64,000 nt of DNA from a bacterium (GCA_963693055.1 OY843751.1:1344001-1408000); one strand, 5' to 3'; counted from the first letter of the stretch, positions 8,864-19,771 are shown. Notes: a model not told the origin generated them from the sequence alone. Numbers and translations: made by a program.

Positions 8864-10075
8864 GAAACATCTGAAATATTGGATTTTTTCATATTGAACT
8901 AATAAATTGAGTTCAATTTTCCAAAGAGAATGAAATATTTATAAAATCTATAACATTTAAAATTGTTCTTTGACAAAATTTACTATCATTACTCTAATAC
9001 ATAGGTTATATACCTACGAAATGGCTCAAGTGGTTAATGTAACCATACGCCTGATATTATAAACCCATGCTGCAATCACAAATTCAAAACGATTTCGGCC
9101 CATATCATAATAACTGCACCGATCATAATCTAATACTTGCTTCATAAAGGCAAACGGTCTTTCAACTGCATTCCGAACTTTAGATAATTGCTTATTTCTT
9201 TTTACCTGCTTTGATGTCAAATTTCGGTTTCTATATCCTTTATCAAGAATGCCGCAATAGACTCCTTTGCCTCGCAGGTTGCACTTGCGGGCTTTGTTCG
9301 TGTAACCTTTATCTGCGAACACCGCATTTTCTTTTTCTGTTATCAGATCCGGAAAAAGATTTGTGTCGTGAATACTTGCGCTGGTAAACTCTACAGAATG
9401 AATAATATCACTGTCCAAATCTGTACCAATATGGCCTTTGTAGCCATAATGCGTTTTGCCACGTTTCTTTGTGAAATCTGCATCACGATCACGCTTGCTT
9501 CCTGGTTTCGCTTGTGCTTGTTTTATAGTTGCATCAACAAGTGTTCCTTTGCCAACGATCAGACCCATTTTTTCAAGCTGTTTGTTGAATTGCCGGAACA
9601 GTATTTTATCAAGACCAAGACGGGCAAATAGTTCACGATATCGGCAGATAGTGGTTTCGTCAGGGATTGCATCCGCACTGGTCAGTTCCAGAAACAATTG
9701 AAAACTACGTCGATCCGCAATCTCTTCTTCCAGGCGAGGATCGGATAAACCATAGATACGTTGTAATAAAAAACAACGAACAATAACTAACAAATCAAAT
9801 GACGGCTTGCCTGCATTTGATTTTCTGGTTTTTGATTGTTCAATACGTTCTTCAATGGGTTCAAGTAAATTTTGCCAATCAATTTTTTCTTTGATAATTT
9901 CCAGAGCTTGTTTGCTTTGGGTTTTTATATGCTTTTTGAAATTTTCATTTGCTGCTGTGGTAAACAAGTCTTCATTGTTTATTCTATTGCGACCCATGTA
10001 AAACTCCAGTTTTTTTTATCATACAGCAAATTAGTAAATTATTACCTTTGATTCTAATAATATTTCAGAGGTTTC
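8864..10075 (-). mobile_element. IS5-family insertion sequence, 1212 bp
   Basis: 17-bp TIRs GAAACATCTGAAATATT (8864-8880) and AATATTTCAGAGGTTTC (10059-10075) match 16/17; 5-bp target duplication AATTA (8859-8863 and 10076-10080). Confidence 0.92.
9026..9997 (-). CDS. IS5-family DDE transposase
   Basis: LSDPRLEEEIADRRSFQLFL, IPDETTICRYR, LVDAT, YGYKGHI, FADKGY and RNAVERPF motifs. Confidence 0.92.
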   Translation of the reverse strand: MGRNRINNEDLFTTAANENFKKHIKTQSKQALEIIKEKIDWQNLLEPIEERIEQSKTRKSNAGKPSFDLLVIVRCFLLQRIYGLSDPRLEEEIADRRSFQLFLELTSADAIPDETTICRYRELFARLGLDKILFRQFNKQLEKMGLIVGKGTLVDATIKQAQAKPGSKRDRDADFTKKRGKTHYGYKGHIGTDLDSDIIHSVEFTSASIHDTNLFPDLITEKENAVFADKGYTNKARKCNLRGKGVYCGILDKGYRNRNLTSKQVKRNKQLSKVRNAVERPFAFMKQVLDYDRCSYYDMGRNRFEFVIAAWVYNIRRMVTLTT

Positions 10076-10263
10076 AATTAAATTATTCTGAGACTGTGGG
10101 ACTATTATTGATTGGCGTTTGATGGCAAGAGTGTAGAGCTGGAATTTGGTTGGTAATACATTTTCCCCCTGTTAATCGATACAAATTAAAAATTATAAAA
10201 AATCTTAATGATTAGGTTTCACTTTCCGACTTTGTAGAAAGGATAAAATATGGGAATCATAAA

Positions 10264-11100
10264 GTGGATACCAGATACAATTTCATCATTTATTTATTTT
10301 GTAGCATCATGCCGTTCGCAGTTGTAATCTGTGGTTGTAACAAAACGGCCCCACCTCAATGGTGGGCGGCTTCCGGTACAAACGTGATACACACAAAATG
10401 GTTTACAGATGTTGCAGATACCTCACAAATGCTGGAAACCGTTAACGGAATTTGGGTATTACCAAAACAGCCTTTAGAGGATGACAATATAAAAATCGAA
10501 TCCTCAACAACATCTTTATTCGCTTTCAATGAGAAAATATCCATTTTAGGGCATGTGGACCAAATTGCATGTCATCAATCCGGCAATGTTCAGCAAGAGT
10601 ATTATCGCTTTGATAATGGCGATGTATTGCTGGCCGGTGTAAAAACCGCGGATTCCTCCCGGTTATTTACAATCTATGATCCGCCAATGATGTTGGTACC
10701 GGATAATTTGTTCGATATGGAAACCAAAATTGTGTGTCAAGCCCGGTCACGCTATCATAATGAACTGACAGGATTACAAAGTCAGGGGCCTCTGGTGCAT
10801 ATAGAAATAGAACGACTGCAAAAGGGCAAGGTATTGTATCAAAATAAATCGTTAGATGCAGTTGTATGTAAAGTGACCCTGTCTCAGGATCAGGAAATAA
10901 ACTATCAGGATACAAAATTTACATTGCCCAAAACAAGAGTGATTTCAAACCATTTGTTAATAGCTCGTGGAGTTGGGACGCTTTTAGAATGGAGTATACG
11001 GTATACGCATGATAACCAAAATGCAAAGAAAAAGAAAAGTGATAACAGCAAGTTTGATAAAAAACTATTAATTGTTTTGCATAAACATATCAGTCATTGA
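10264..11100 (+). CDS. Hypothetical lipoprotein
   Basis: 278-aa ORF with a hydrophobic N-terminus ending in ICGC (lipobox-like); first gene of the + strand operon. Confidence 0.55.
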   Translation: MDTRYNFIIYLFCSIMPFAVVICGCNKTAPPQWWAASGTNVIHTKWFTDVADTSQMLETVNGIWVLPKQPLEDDNIKIESSTTSLFAFNEKISILGHVDQIACHQSGNVQQEYYRFDNGDVLLAGVKTADSSRLFTIYDPPMMLVPDNLFDMETKIVCQARSRYHNELTGLQSQGPLVHIEIERLQKGKVLYQNKSLDAVVCKVTLSQDQEINYQDTKFTLPKTRVISNHLLIARGVGTLLEWSIRYTHDNQNAKKKKSDNSKFDKKLLIVLHKHISH

Positions 11101-11116
11101 AAAGAGGGAGAAAATA

Positions 11117-14100
11117 ATGAAATTCAATAATCTTATCCTTGTAATTTTGACCGTAATGGGTCATTCACTTTACGCGCAAACCAACCTGGTACAAACCATA
11201 ACCGAAGCCAATGCAGATGTTGTGGCCGGTTGGGGTGCTCGCTCTATTACCTATGCCAATGTCAATGGCGACGCGTACGATGACCTGGTCATTGGAGCAG
11301 GTGAAGCCAATACCGACGGCAGCGTCTTTATCTATTACGGGGGACCCACTCTGGACGGGACGGTAGACATTACCCTGAACGCTGTAGATTCCGATACCTG
11401 GTTTGCTGAAATTATAGCCAACGCCGGTGATTTAAACAATGATGGTTACGACGACCTGCTTGTTTCAGCACCCAGATATAACGAAGGAGCGGGGCGTATT
11501 TATGTGTATTTGGGCGGAACCAGTATGGATGCAACACCTGACCTGGTCCTGGACCCTGACACGGATATGGAAAATTTTAATTACATTTCCCTGGCTGGCG
11601 CGGGCGATGTCAACCATGACGGCTATGATGATTTTCTTTTGGGCGTTCCACTCTACAACAATTTAACCGGCATGGCCAGCATTTATCTGGGCGGGGCAAC
11701 TTTAAACAGCACACCGGACTATACATTTTACGGTAATAATGAAGGTGATCTTTACGGTGAAAGGGTATGCGGCGCTGGTGATGTCAATAACGATAACTAT
11801 GATGATGTGCTCATTGGCGCTTGTAAAAAAGACAACTATACCGGGGAGGCACAGCTCTTTTTAGGCGGTGCCAGCATCAGTAGTACGCCGGCACAAACTC
11901 TGACCGGTGAAAATGAAAATGATGATTTTTCCTGGGGAATGGCCGGTAATCTGGACGTGAACAATGACGGTTATGATGATGTGGTGGTGAGCAGTGATGG
12001 TTATGACTATACAACCGGCAGGATTTATATCTATTTTGGAAGTGCAAGTTTTGACGCCACCGCCGATGTGAGTATCGATGGTAACAATCCATACGAACAA
12101 TTCGGTAGCCGAGTTAGCAGCGCCGGCGACATGAACAATGACAATTATGACGATATTTTAGTTACGGCTGTAGGGGAAAATAACGAGGGAATGGTTTATG
12201 TTTTTTTGGGTGGAAGCAGTATGGATACATATGACGATTTTTATTTGGAAGGCTCTGAAGAGGATGAAAAATTAGGATGTACCATTGCCGGCGGCGGCGA
12301 CATGAACAATGACGGCTATGATGATATTGTCATAGGGTCCGCTGAAAATGTATACAGTACATTTTATGCCTTTCAGGGTAGTAATCCCCTGGACGACACG
12401 GTAGATATGACCATTCAGGATGAGCTGGGAATGGTACCCGGTAAATACAACGCTTTTGGCAAATCCATTGCCAACGCCGGCGATGTGAATAATGACGGCT
12501 ATGACGACATGATTGTAGGGGCCACCAATTATGACGAGAAAGGCGCGGCGTATATTTATTACGGTGGCCCGGGTATGGACTATACCGCGGATGTCATACT
12601 GGTTGGTTACACCAAGAGCGGACAATTTGGTTGCGCGGTTGCCGGTGCGGGAGATGTAAATAATGACGGCTATGATGATGTATTGGTAGGGGCAAGTGAT
12701 GATGGCTCAAGAGGTAAAGCATTCCTCTATTTGGGCGGCAGCAATATGGATAGCACGCCAGATGCAAGTATGGAAGGTCAATATAACGGAAATTTTGGTC
12801 ATGCACTTGATGGTGTGGGTGATGTAAACAGCGACGGGTACGATGATTTTATCATTTGTACAAATAGCTGCAATATTGGATCGGGCAGGGCCTATTTATA
12901 TTATGGCGCGGAAACAGTAGATGGGACGGCAGATGATCATTGGCAAGGCAGTTTGGGAGAATATTACGGCAGTTCAGTTAGCAGCGGCGGAGATTTTAAC
13001 GGCGACGGTCATAATGACGTTATCATTAGTTCACGGAGTTTGGATGGATATATTTACATTTACAGGGGTGGTAGTTCATTTAGCTTTGGCAGCTATAGAC
13101 TTATAACCGGCCCGAACAATAATGACAGATGGGGACATAAAGCACGCTTTGTAGGCGATGTAAACAATGATGGATTTGATGATATAATGGTAACCAACCA
13201 AAAAGGCCCTGATGATTCAAGTTCCGTGTTCTTGATTCTGGGTAATAACTCGGATGATTATAGTAGTGATCTTGAGTTCAAATTTATGTACGAGGATTAC
13301 AGTTATGATCTTGATATAGGTTATGTAGGCGACCTTAATGACGATGGCTTTGACGACATTGTAATAGGCGATCAGACTAAAAATCGTTTATCAGGCCAAA
13401 CCTGTGTTTACCTGGGCGGCAGTACTGTAGACAATATAGCAGACGCCATCATATATGGAAACGATACTAATGACCACTTTGGTTGCGCGATTGCCGGTGT
13501 GGGTGATATTGATAATGATGGTCATATAGATTTTATGGCGGGCGCTTATGCGGAAGGCGATAATGGTACGGTCAAACAATATTATCTCAGTGATGATATG
13601 GTAGTGACCGGCGTTAAAGTGTTTTTGCAAGGCGCATACGATGCGGACGCTGTCGATCCTGTCATGACCACGGAATTGGCGGGCAGCATTCCCACCACAT
13701 CCCCCTATTCCGATAGCCGCACCGTCTCCAGTGTGCCGGATAGTGTAGTTGACTGGGTATGGCTAGAACTGCGGTCAACGCAGGACGGCGCTGCCGAATA
13801 TGGCCGGTCTTACTTTTTACAAAATGATGGTTACCTGGTGGATGATGATACCAGCAAAACCATTCTTGATCTCTCATCACAGGTTGCGCCCGGAGACTAT
13901 TATATGGTGATCAAACATCGAAATCACCTATGTGTGGAAAGTGCCGCCGCACAAACGCTCAGCAGTTCCATGAGTACATATAATTTTGCATCAAGTTTAA
14001 CCAATTATTTAGAGTCAAACGCGGCTACGCTGGAAGCAGGTGTGTACGGCATGTACGTTGGAGACTGTGGATGCGATGGCATCATTACCAATGCAGACAA

Positions 14101-14236
14101 AGATCCAATAAATGCCAACATTGATGCCACCGGATATCAGACAGGTGATACCAATATGGATGGTTTAATCACCAATGCCGATAAAGATTTTATCAACTCA
14201 AATATGGATGCATCATCATCTGTAAATAATGAATAA
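11117..14236 (+). CDS. Secreted FG-GAP (integrin alpha-like) repeat protein with C-terminal dockerin-like domain
   Basis: Many AGDVNNDGYDDxxVGA repeats. C-terminal VKVFLQG..HRNHL domain, then duplicated GDxxxDGxITNADKD motifs. Start reassigned to MKFNN after a GAGGGAG RBS. Confidence 0.85.
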   Translation: MKFNNLILVILTVMGHSLYAQTNLVQTITEANADVVAGWGARSITYANVNGDAYDDLVIGAGEANTDGSVFIYYGGPTLDGTVDITLNAVDSDTWFAEIIANAGDLNNDGYDDLLVSAPRYNEGAGRIYVYLGGTSMDATPDLVLDPDTDMENFNYISLAGAGDVNHDGYDDFLLGVPLYNNLTGMASIYLGGATLNSTPDYTFYGNNEGDLYGERVCGAGDVNNDNYDDVLIGACKKDNYTGEAQLFLGGASISSTPAQTLTGENENDDFSWGMAGNLDVNNDGYDDVVVSSDGYDYTTGRIYIYFGSASFDATADVSIDGNNPYEQFGSRVSSAGDMNNDNYDDILVTAVGENNEGMVYVFLGGSSMDTYDDFYLEGSEEDEKLGCTIAGGGDMNNDGYDDIVIGSAENVYSTFYAFQGSNPLDDTVDMTIQDELGMVPGKYNAFGKSIANAGDVNNDGYDDMIVGATNYDEKGAAYIYYGGPGMDYTADVILVGYTKSGQFGCAVAGAGDVNNDGYDDVLVGASDDGSRGKAFLYLGGSNMDSTPDASMEGQYNGNFGHALDGVGDVNSDGYDDFIICTNSCNIGSGRAYLYYGAETVDGTADDHWQGSLGEYYGSSVSSGGDFNGDGHNDVIISSRSLDGYIYIYRGGSSFSFGSYRLITGPNNNDRWGHKARFVGDVNNDGFDDIMVTNQKGPDDSSSVFLILGNNSDDYSSDLEFKFMYEDYSYDLDIGYVGDLNDDGFDDIVIGDQTKNRLSGQTCVYLGGSTVDNIADAIIYGNDTNDHFGCAIAGVGDIDNDGHIDFMAGAYAEGDNGTVKQYYLSDDMVVTGVKVFLQGAYDADAVDPVMTTELAGSIPTTSPYSDSRTVSSVPDSVVDWVWLELRSTQDGAAEYGRSYFLQNDGYLVDDDTSKTILDLSSQVAPGDYYMVIKHRNHLCVESAAAQTLSSSMSTYNFASSLTNYLESNAATLEAGVYGMYVGDCGCDGIITNADKDPINANIDATGYQTGDTNMDGLITNADKDFINSNMDASSSVNNE

Positions 14237-14246
14237 AGGAGATACC

Positions 14247-15350
14247 ATGAACTTTGATAAAAGAATCATGATCGTTGTATTGTTATTGTCCCTGATGGGC
14301 ACATTGCCTGCATTTGCACAAACTGTTGATTTGACTATCAATAATCAACAGGTAAGCGGTGGTTATTTGTATTTTGATGTGGTGCTCAACCGCACCAGCG
14401 CTTGGGCTGCAGATTTTTTGGGCGATTGTAGTTTTTATTTCAGTTATAACAACAGTGCGCTTAGTAACCCCTCTGTCACCTCGCAGCATGCGGACCTTAC
14501 TTTAGGAAATGGCTATTCTATTACTTCCGGAACAAACGCTCCGTATGTATATGTTACCATTACCTATGGTTTTAGTGAAACGCCAATGGCTATATCACAA
14601 AACATAGACTATACCCTGTTTACTCTTCGTATGGATATAGATGATTCTGGTGCAAACTCAAACCTGAATTGGAACACGACCGCATCTGCTGTGCTGGATG
14701 TAGCTGACCAGTCCACCACCGAATCGTATTACGGTGGCAGCGATGTTACATTACCGGTAGAGCTTTCATCCTTAACCGCGAATCAAAATGGTAATGTGGT
14801 AGACATTTGCTGGACCACAGAAAGTGAAGTTGAAAACCTGGGTTTTATTGTTCAACGTAGCATTGACGATCAGGAAACCTGGACACAAGTTGCTTCTTAT
14901 AACACACATGCGGAATTAATGGGGCAGGGAACAAGCTCGAAACAAACAATATATAATTTTACCGATTCTGATGTTCAATCCGGGACTGTTAGTTATCGTC
15001 TTTCTGAAGTAAGTACATCTGGTCAGGTGAATATTTTGGGTACGGTTGATGTTAGCCTGTCAAAGATACCGGAAAAGACAGAGCTGGATATGGCGTATCC
15101 CAATCCCTTTAATCCGGTAACAACAATAAGCTATCATATGGCAAAAGACGGACCGGTTGAAATTTCTGTTTATAATTTGTTGGGCAGTAAAGTAAAGACT
15201 TTGATTGATATGAAAATGGCTGCTGGCAGTTATCAAACAATCTGGCAGGGTAAGGATGATTCCGGTCAGCAGGCAGCTTCGGGAATGTATCTGGTAGTTA
15301 TGAAGGCCGGACAGAAAAGACTAACTCAAAAAGTTTTGTTGATAAAGTAA
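14247..15350 (+). CDS. Secreted cohesin-like domain + Ig + T9SS-type CTD protein
   Basis: Signal peptide; beta-sandwich N-domain (YLYFDVVL..FYFSYNNSAL); LPVEL; YPNPFNP; AAGGAG RBS. The cohesin call is an inference. Confidence 0.7.
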   Translation: MNFDKRIMIVVLLLSLMGTLPAFAQTVDLTINNQQVSGGYLYFDVVLNRTSAWAADFLGDCSFYFSYNNSALSNPSVTSQHADLTLGNGYSITSGTNAPYVYVTITYGFSETPMAISQNIDYTLFTLRMDIDDSGANSNLNWNTTASAVLDVADQSTTESYYGGSDVTLPVELSSLTANQNGNVVDICWTTESEVENLGFIVQRSIDDQETWTQVASYNTHAELMGQGTSSKQTIYNFTDSDVQSGTVSYRLSEVSTSGQVNILGTVDVSLSKIPEKTELDMAYPNPFNPVTTISYHMAKDGPVEISVYNLLGSKVKTLIDMKMAAGSYQTIWQGKDDSGQQAASGMYLVVMKAGQKRLTQKVLLIK

Positions 15351-15373
15351 GTTAAATCAGATAAAATGATAGA

Positions 15374-15412
15374 GTGCTCCTGGATTTATATATCCGGGAG
15401 CACCTTTTTTTT
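15374..15412 (+). terminator. Rho-independent terminator
   Basis: GTGCTCCTGGAT/ATCCGGGAGCAC stem followed by a T-run. Confidence 0.8.
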
Positions 15413-15502
15413 ATAAAAAGTTAATTACCTTTTGCATTTCAAAAAAAATATTAATAGGTTGAAAATATTAAAAATTAAAATTCTTAAAAATCTAATTATG
15501 CA

Positions 15503-18397
15503 ATGAAAAATTTGTACAAATACGGTTTTTTTATATTTTTTTTACTTTTATTGTCTGCAAACTCTTGCAGCAATCAAGGGGGATTTGCGAGTCAATCTGT
15601 TAAGGATTTGGTCAATCTGGACAAAGGCTGGCAATATCGAGTTGGTGATTCTCCAATAAATGAAAAGGGATTTCTCGTTTGGCTGGATGAAAACTGGGAT
15701 GCTCCTGGGTGGAATACAGTTTATGATATTAATGATTTTTGTATCAAAAACACAAGCAAAAGCCTATGGTTGAGAATTCAATTGCCGGAATGGGAGGAAA
15801 AGAATGCCGGGATTTATATTAATGGAGTTTCTCAGCAAGTACAAGTCTATCTTGATCATGAATTAATATACCAGTTTGGTAATTTTAAATCACTTGGTGA
15901 GGACCATTTTTACGGATGGCGTCAGCACCCCATTCAGCTGCCGCCGAATGTCTCAAATAAAATGCTGACCCTGCGTATATGGTCAAACGGGCAATATACC
16001 GGAATTGTAGAACCTGTAATCCTGGCCCCCATGTTTGATATTATAGAATCTTTGTTTTACCAGAATATTGATGAACTTTTACTTGCCGGTTTATTTGTGA
16101 TTCTGGGTGCGGCAGTATTGATTATGTTTGTTTTTTTTCAACATACGCGGCTCTTTCTCGGTATTTCTATGTTTTTGTTATCTATGGGGTTTTTTACTGC
16201 AAGTAATTCTTTATACTTGCAATATATGGTTAATGCGCCACATCTCTTTTTTATGTTTGATCTTTTTTCGCTTCTAGCTGCACCCATTGGTATAATGTTG
16301 ATCATTGAACCCCTGGTATTACAAAAATATGGTAAAATTGTCAAACTGTTTAGGCAATTTGCAGTGCTATATTGGATATCTATATTATTTATGGTACAGA
16401 TTTTTCCTAAAATTAATCTTGATATCGTTTATAACTTTTTTTTCTTGATGGTTACTTTTTTTGTATTAAACAGTACTTTTTTTATATATAAAAGTTTAAA
16501 AAAGGGAGGTAAGCAAGTTAAAATCCTGTTTGTTGGCGTACTATTGGCCCTGCTGGCATATTCAATTGAAACTATAATATACTATACTTCCCAAAGGGTT
16601 GTTTTAACATCTTATAATATGAGTTTTATACCTGTAGGTGTATTGTGTTTTGTTGGCTGTTTGACCTGGATTATAGTTCAACAATATGTAGAAACGTACC
16701 AACAAAAAGAAGCAGCGTTCAAAAGTGTAATGGAATCAAAGCTTCAAAGAGAACGTATGAAAGATGAGATAAAGCTGAAAATTCTTGAAACGGAAAAATG
16801 GCAAGAGCTCAACCATATAAAATCACAATTTTTTGCCAATATTTCTCATGAATTTCGTACGCCACTCACACTGGTACTGGGAACAGCAAAACAGCTTTAT
16901 AAAGAAACAAACGATCCCGGGATACAAGAAAAATATAAAATTCAGATCCGAAACAGTAATCGTTTATTGTGTCTGGTCAATCAGCTGTTAGAGCTTTCTA
17001 AAATTGAATCCGGCAAAACCAAAATTAATGTCCAAAAACTCGATATAGTTCCAATGATTAAGGGTATTTGCCAATGTTTTGAACATCAACTCAAGCTTGA
17101 AGATATTAAACTGAAATGTAACAGCGGTGTGGAATCTATTTTTATATATTATGATCCTGTCATGATGGAAAAAATAATAATGAATGTTATATCTAATGCT
17201 GTAAAATTCACTAATCCAAGCGGACAGGTGACTGTTGATATCATTCAAAAAGAGGTTCTGGAAATTCAGGTCAGAGATACCGGTCCAGGAATCTCGCAGG
17301 AACACTTGCCTCATATATTCGACAGGTTCTATCAGACAGGGAATAATTATGAACGTGATCCGCATGGCAGTGGAATTGGACTTGCACTGACCCGTGAACT
17401 TGTTTTGCTGCATCATGGAGAGATCAAGGCTGCGAGCATTGTTGGTGTGGGAACAACAATCACCATTCAATTGCTTTGGGGATGTGACCATTTTAAGGAT
17501 AAAGAAATTGTAAAAACAGATAATAATAAATCCGTTCAAGAGTACTCAAAAGTTGTGAATGAAATTGAACCTCTTTTATTCAACGATAAAATGATGACAG
17601 AGACACCAAATAAAGAAATAAATTCCGGATATGAGACAGATACGCATTTGTCAATATTGCTTATTGTTGAAGATAATATAGATATGTGCAACTATATCCG
17701 AAATATATTTCAGAATGAATATAAAATTTTGAACGCAATGGATGGTAAAACCGGATTTTTTCTGGCGGTTGAGTATGTACCGGATCTGATAATTAGTGAT
17801 GTAATGATGCCTGAAATGGATGGTTTTGAGTTGTGTGATAAAATAAAAGCTGATGTACGTACCAGCCATATTCCTTTTATTTTGTTAACAGCGCGTTCTA
17901 ACAGTGAAAGTAAGCTTGAGGGATTACAACTGGGAGCAGATGATTTCCTGATTAAACCTTTTGAAGAGGCAGAACTTTTAACAAGAAGTCGAAATTTGAT
18001 TGAGCAAAGACGTAAATTGCGCGAACGATTTTCAAAAGATTTCAATATACCCTTTAACGATTTGTCAACCAATCTTTCAGATGAAAAATTTTTGCAAAGG
18101 GCGGTTGAAATTATTGAAGCTAATTTGGAAAATACCAATTTTACAGTAGAATTGTATTGTCACGAGATTGGTTTTTCCCGTTCGCAATTACATCGCAAGC
18201 TACAGGCACTTACCGGGCAATCTACCAGTAGTTTTATACGTTCCATTAGATTGAAACGGGCCGTTCAGATGCTGGTTCAGAAATCAAATACGGTTTCAGA
18301 AATTGCATATGCCACAGGCTTCAGTAGTGCGGATTATTTTCGTCATTGTTTCAAAGAATATTTTGGCCTTACACCTACCGATTATATCTCTCAATGA
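15503..18397 (+). CDS. Hybrid two-component regulator (periplasmic sugar-binding-like domain, multi-TM, HisKA/HATPase, REC, AraC HTH)
   Basis: FANISHEFRTPLT H-box, DTGPGI, GSGIGL, PDLIISDVMMP receiver, and SRSQLHRK...EIAYATGF AraC motifs. Confidence 0.92.
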   Translation: MKNLYKYGFFIFFLLLLSANSCSNQGGFASQSVKDLVNLDKGWQYRVGDSPINEKGFLVWLDENWDAPGWNTVYDINDFCIKNTSKSLWLRIQLPEWEEKNAGIYINGVSQQVQVYLDHELIYQFGNFKSLGEDHFYGWRQHPIQLPPNVSNKMLTLRIWSNGQYTGIVEPVILAPMFDIIESLFYQNIDELLLAGLFVILGAAVLIMFVFFQHTRLFLGISMFLLSMGFFTASNSLYLQYMVNAPHLFFMFDLFSLLAAPIGIMLIIEPLVLQKYGKIVKLFRQFAVLYWISILFMVQIFPKINLDIVYNFFFLMVTFFVLNSTFFIYKSLKKGGKQVKILFVGVLLALLAYSIETIIYYTSQRVVLTSYNMSFIPVGVLCFVGCLTWIIVQQYVETYQQKEAAFKSVMESKLQRERMKDEIKLKILETEKWQELNHIKSQFFANISHEFRTPLTLVLGTAKQLYKETNDPGIQEKYKIQIRNSNRLLCLVNQLLELSKIESGKTKINVQKLDIVPMIKGICQCFEHQLKLEDIKLKCNSGVESIFIYYDPVMMEKIIMNVISNAVKFTNPSGQVTVDIIQKEVLEIQVRDTGPGISQEHLPHIFDRFYQTGNNYERDPHGSGIGLALTRELVLLHHGEIKAASIVGVGTTITIQLLWGCDHFKDKEIVKTDNNKSVQEYSKVVNEIEPLLFNDKMMTETPNKEINSGYETDTHLSILLIVEDNIDMCNYIRNIFQNEYKILNAMDGKTGFFLAVEYVPDLIISDVMMPEMDGFELCDKIKADVRTSHIPFILLTARSNSESKLEGLQLGADDFLIKPFEEAELLTRSRNLIEQRRKLRERFSKDFNIPFNDLSTNLSDEKFLQRAVEIIEANLENTNFTVELYCHEIGFSRSQLHRKLQALTGQSTSSFIRSIRLKRAVQMLVQKSNTVSEIAYATGFSSADYFRHCFKEYFGLTPTDYISQ

Positions 18398-18655
18398 TAA
18401 TATAAAGATTTTACCCGGTTCATATTCCGAATAGATAAAGATGCCCCGGTTTTAACCCCTTATTGGGCCGGGGAGACAATAGCATAATCCATATAGGATG
18501 TGACTCGCTTGTCTGCTGGTAGATTTTATTTCAGTAGCAGCTTTGTCGAGTTTTTGTGATTATTGTCATTACTGATTGCTGATTTTAATGATAGAATGGT
18601 ATTTTAAGCAAGTAGGAAAATGGCAGCCAGTATTGTTTGCTGGCTGCCTTGAATG

Positions 18656-19759
18656 TTATTTTAAAAATAGAATTTTTTGGGTATTATTGTAACCATTTGA
18701 CTGCATTCTGACCAAATATGTACCGCTGGGTGCGGTAATACCAGCATCAGTTGATCCATCCCATTTGATCGAATACTCTCCGGCAGACTGGTGTTTGTCG
18801 TTTAATAGCTTAATCTGTCGTCCTAGTACATCGTAAACAGTCATGGTGACATGGCTGTCTTGAGCCAGGTTATAGTTCAAGGTTGTTGACGGATTAAACG
18901 GGTTGGGGTATGCAGCATAAAGTCGGGTTGATTTTGGTGATATCAATGTTTCAACAAAGAGAGAGCCAATTTCGGTGACCTCACCATTACTGGATACATC
19001 ATATAAACAGTAGGTATAGCATTCTCCTGCTAATATAGTAGCATCTGTATAATTGTATTGTGATGGGGAAGAGGTTGTGCCTTTTCCAACAAGCTCGTTA
19101 TTTGACCGAAAAGATACAATTTCTTTCCATTCAGCATTTGCTGTTTTGCGTTTTAGGATGAATCCCAGATTGTTGCTTTCACTTTCAGTAGTCCAGGTAA
19201 GGCTTACGGTATTGCCTTTATGATTTGCCGTAAAGGACGACAACTCTACTGGAAGTGTAAGATCGCTGCCACCGTAATACGATTCGGTGGTGGACTGGTC
19301 AGCTACATCCAGCACAGCAGATGCAGTTGTATTCCAATCCAGATTAGAACTTGCAGCGGGGTTATCAATATCCATGCGGACTGTAACAAGTGTATAATCT
19401 GTACTTTGTGCAATGGCCATTGGAGTTAGACTGTACCCATAGTTGATGGTAACATATACATAAGGATTGTTTGTGCCATATGTTATAGTATAACCATTAC
19501 CCGAAGTGAGGTTTGCATGCTGTGATGAAACAAATGGATTACTCAGTGCGCTGGTGTTATAACTAAAGTAAAAACTGCAATCGCCTAAATAATCAGCAGC
19601 CCATGCGCTGGTACGTTCAAGTACAATATCAAAGTATAAATAACCACCGCTAACTTGTTGGTTGCTGATAGTCAGGTCAACAGTTTGTGCAAAAGATGGA
19701 GCGAAACCCAACAGGGTCACTAATAATACTGTCATCAAAAATGTTTTAACAAATTTCAT
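18656..19759 (-). CDS. Secreted cohesin-like domain + Ig + T9SS-type CTD protein, paralog of 14247-15350
   Basis: N-domain nearly identical to that of 14247-15350 (QTVDLTIxNQQVSGGYLYFD...TTESYYGGSD); YPNPFNP CTD. Confidence 0.7.
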   Translation of the reverse strand: MKFVKTFLMTVLLVTLLGFAPSFAQTVDLTISNQQVSGGYLYFDIVLERTSAWAADYLGDCSFYFSYNTSALSNPFVSSQHANLTSGNGYTITYGTNNPYVYVTINYGYSLTPMAIAQSTDYTLVTVRMDIDNPAASSNLDWNTTASAVLDVADQSTTESYYGGSDLTLPVELSSFTANHKGNTVSLTWTTESESNNLGFILKRKTANAEWKEIVSFRSNNELVGKGTTSSPSQYNYTDATILAGECYTYCLYDVSSNGEVTEIGSLFVETLISPKSTRLYAAYPNPFNPSTTLNYNLAQDSHVTMTVYDVLGRQIKLLNDKHQSAGEYSIKWDGSTDAGITAPSGTYLVRMQSNGYNNTQKILFLK

Positions 19760-19771
19760 GATAAATCCTTT

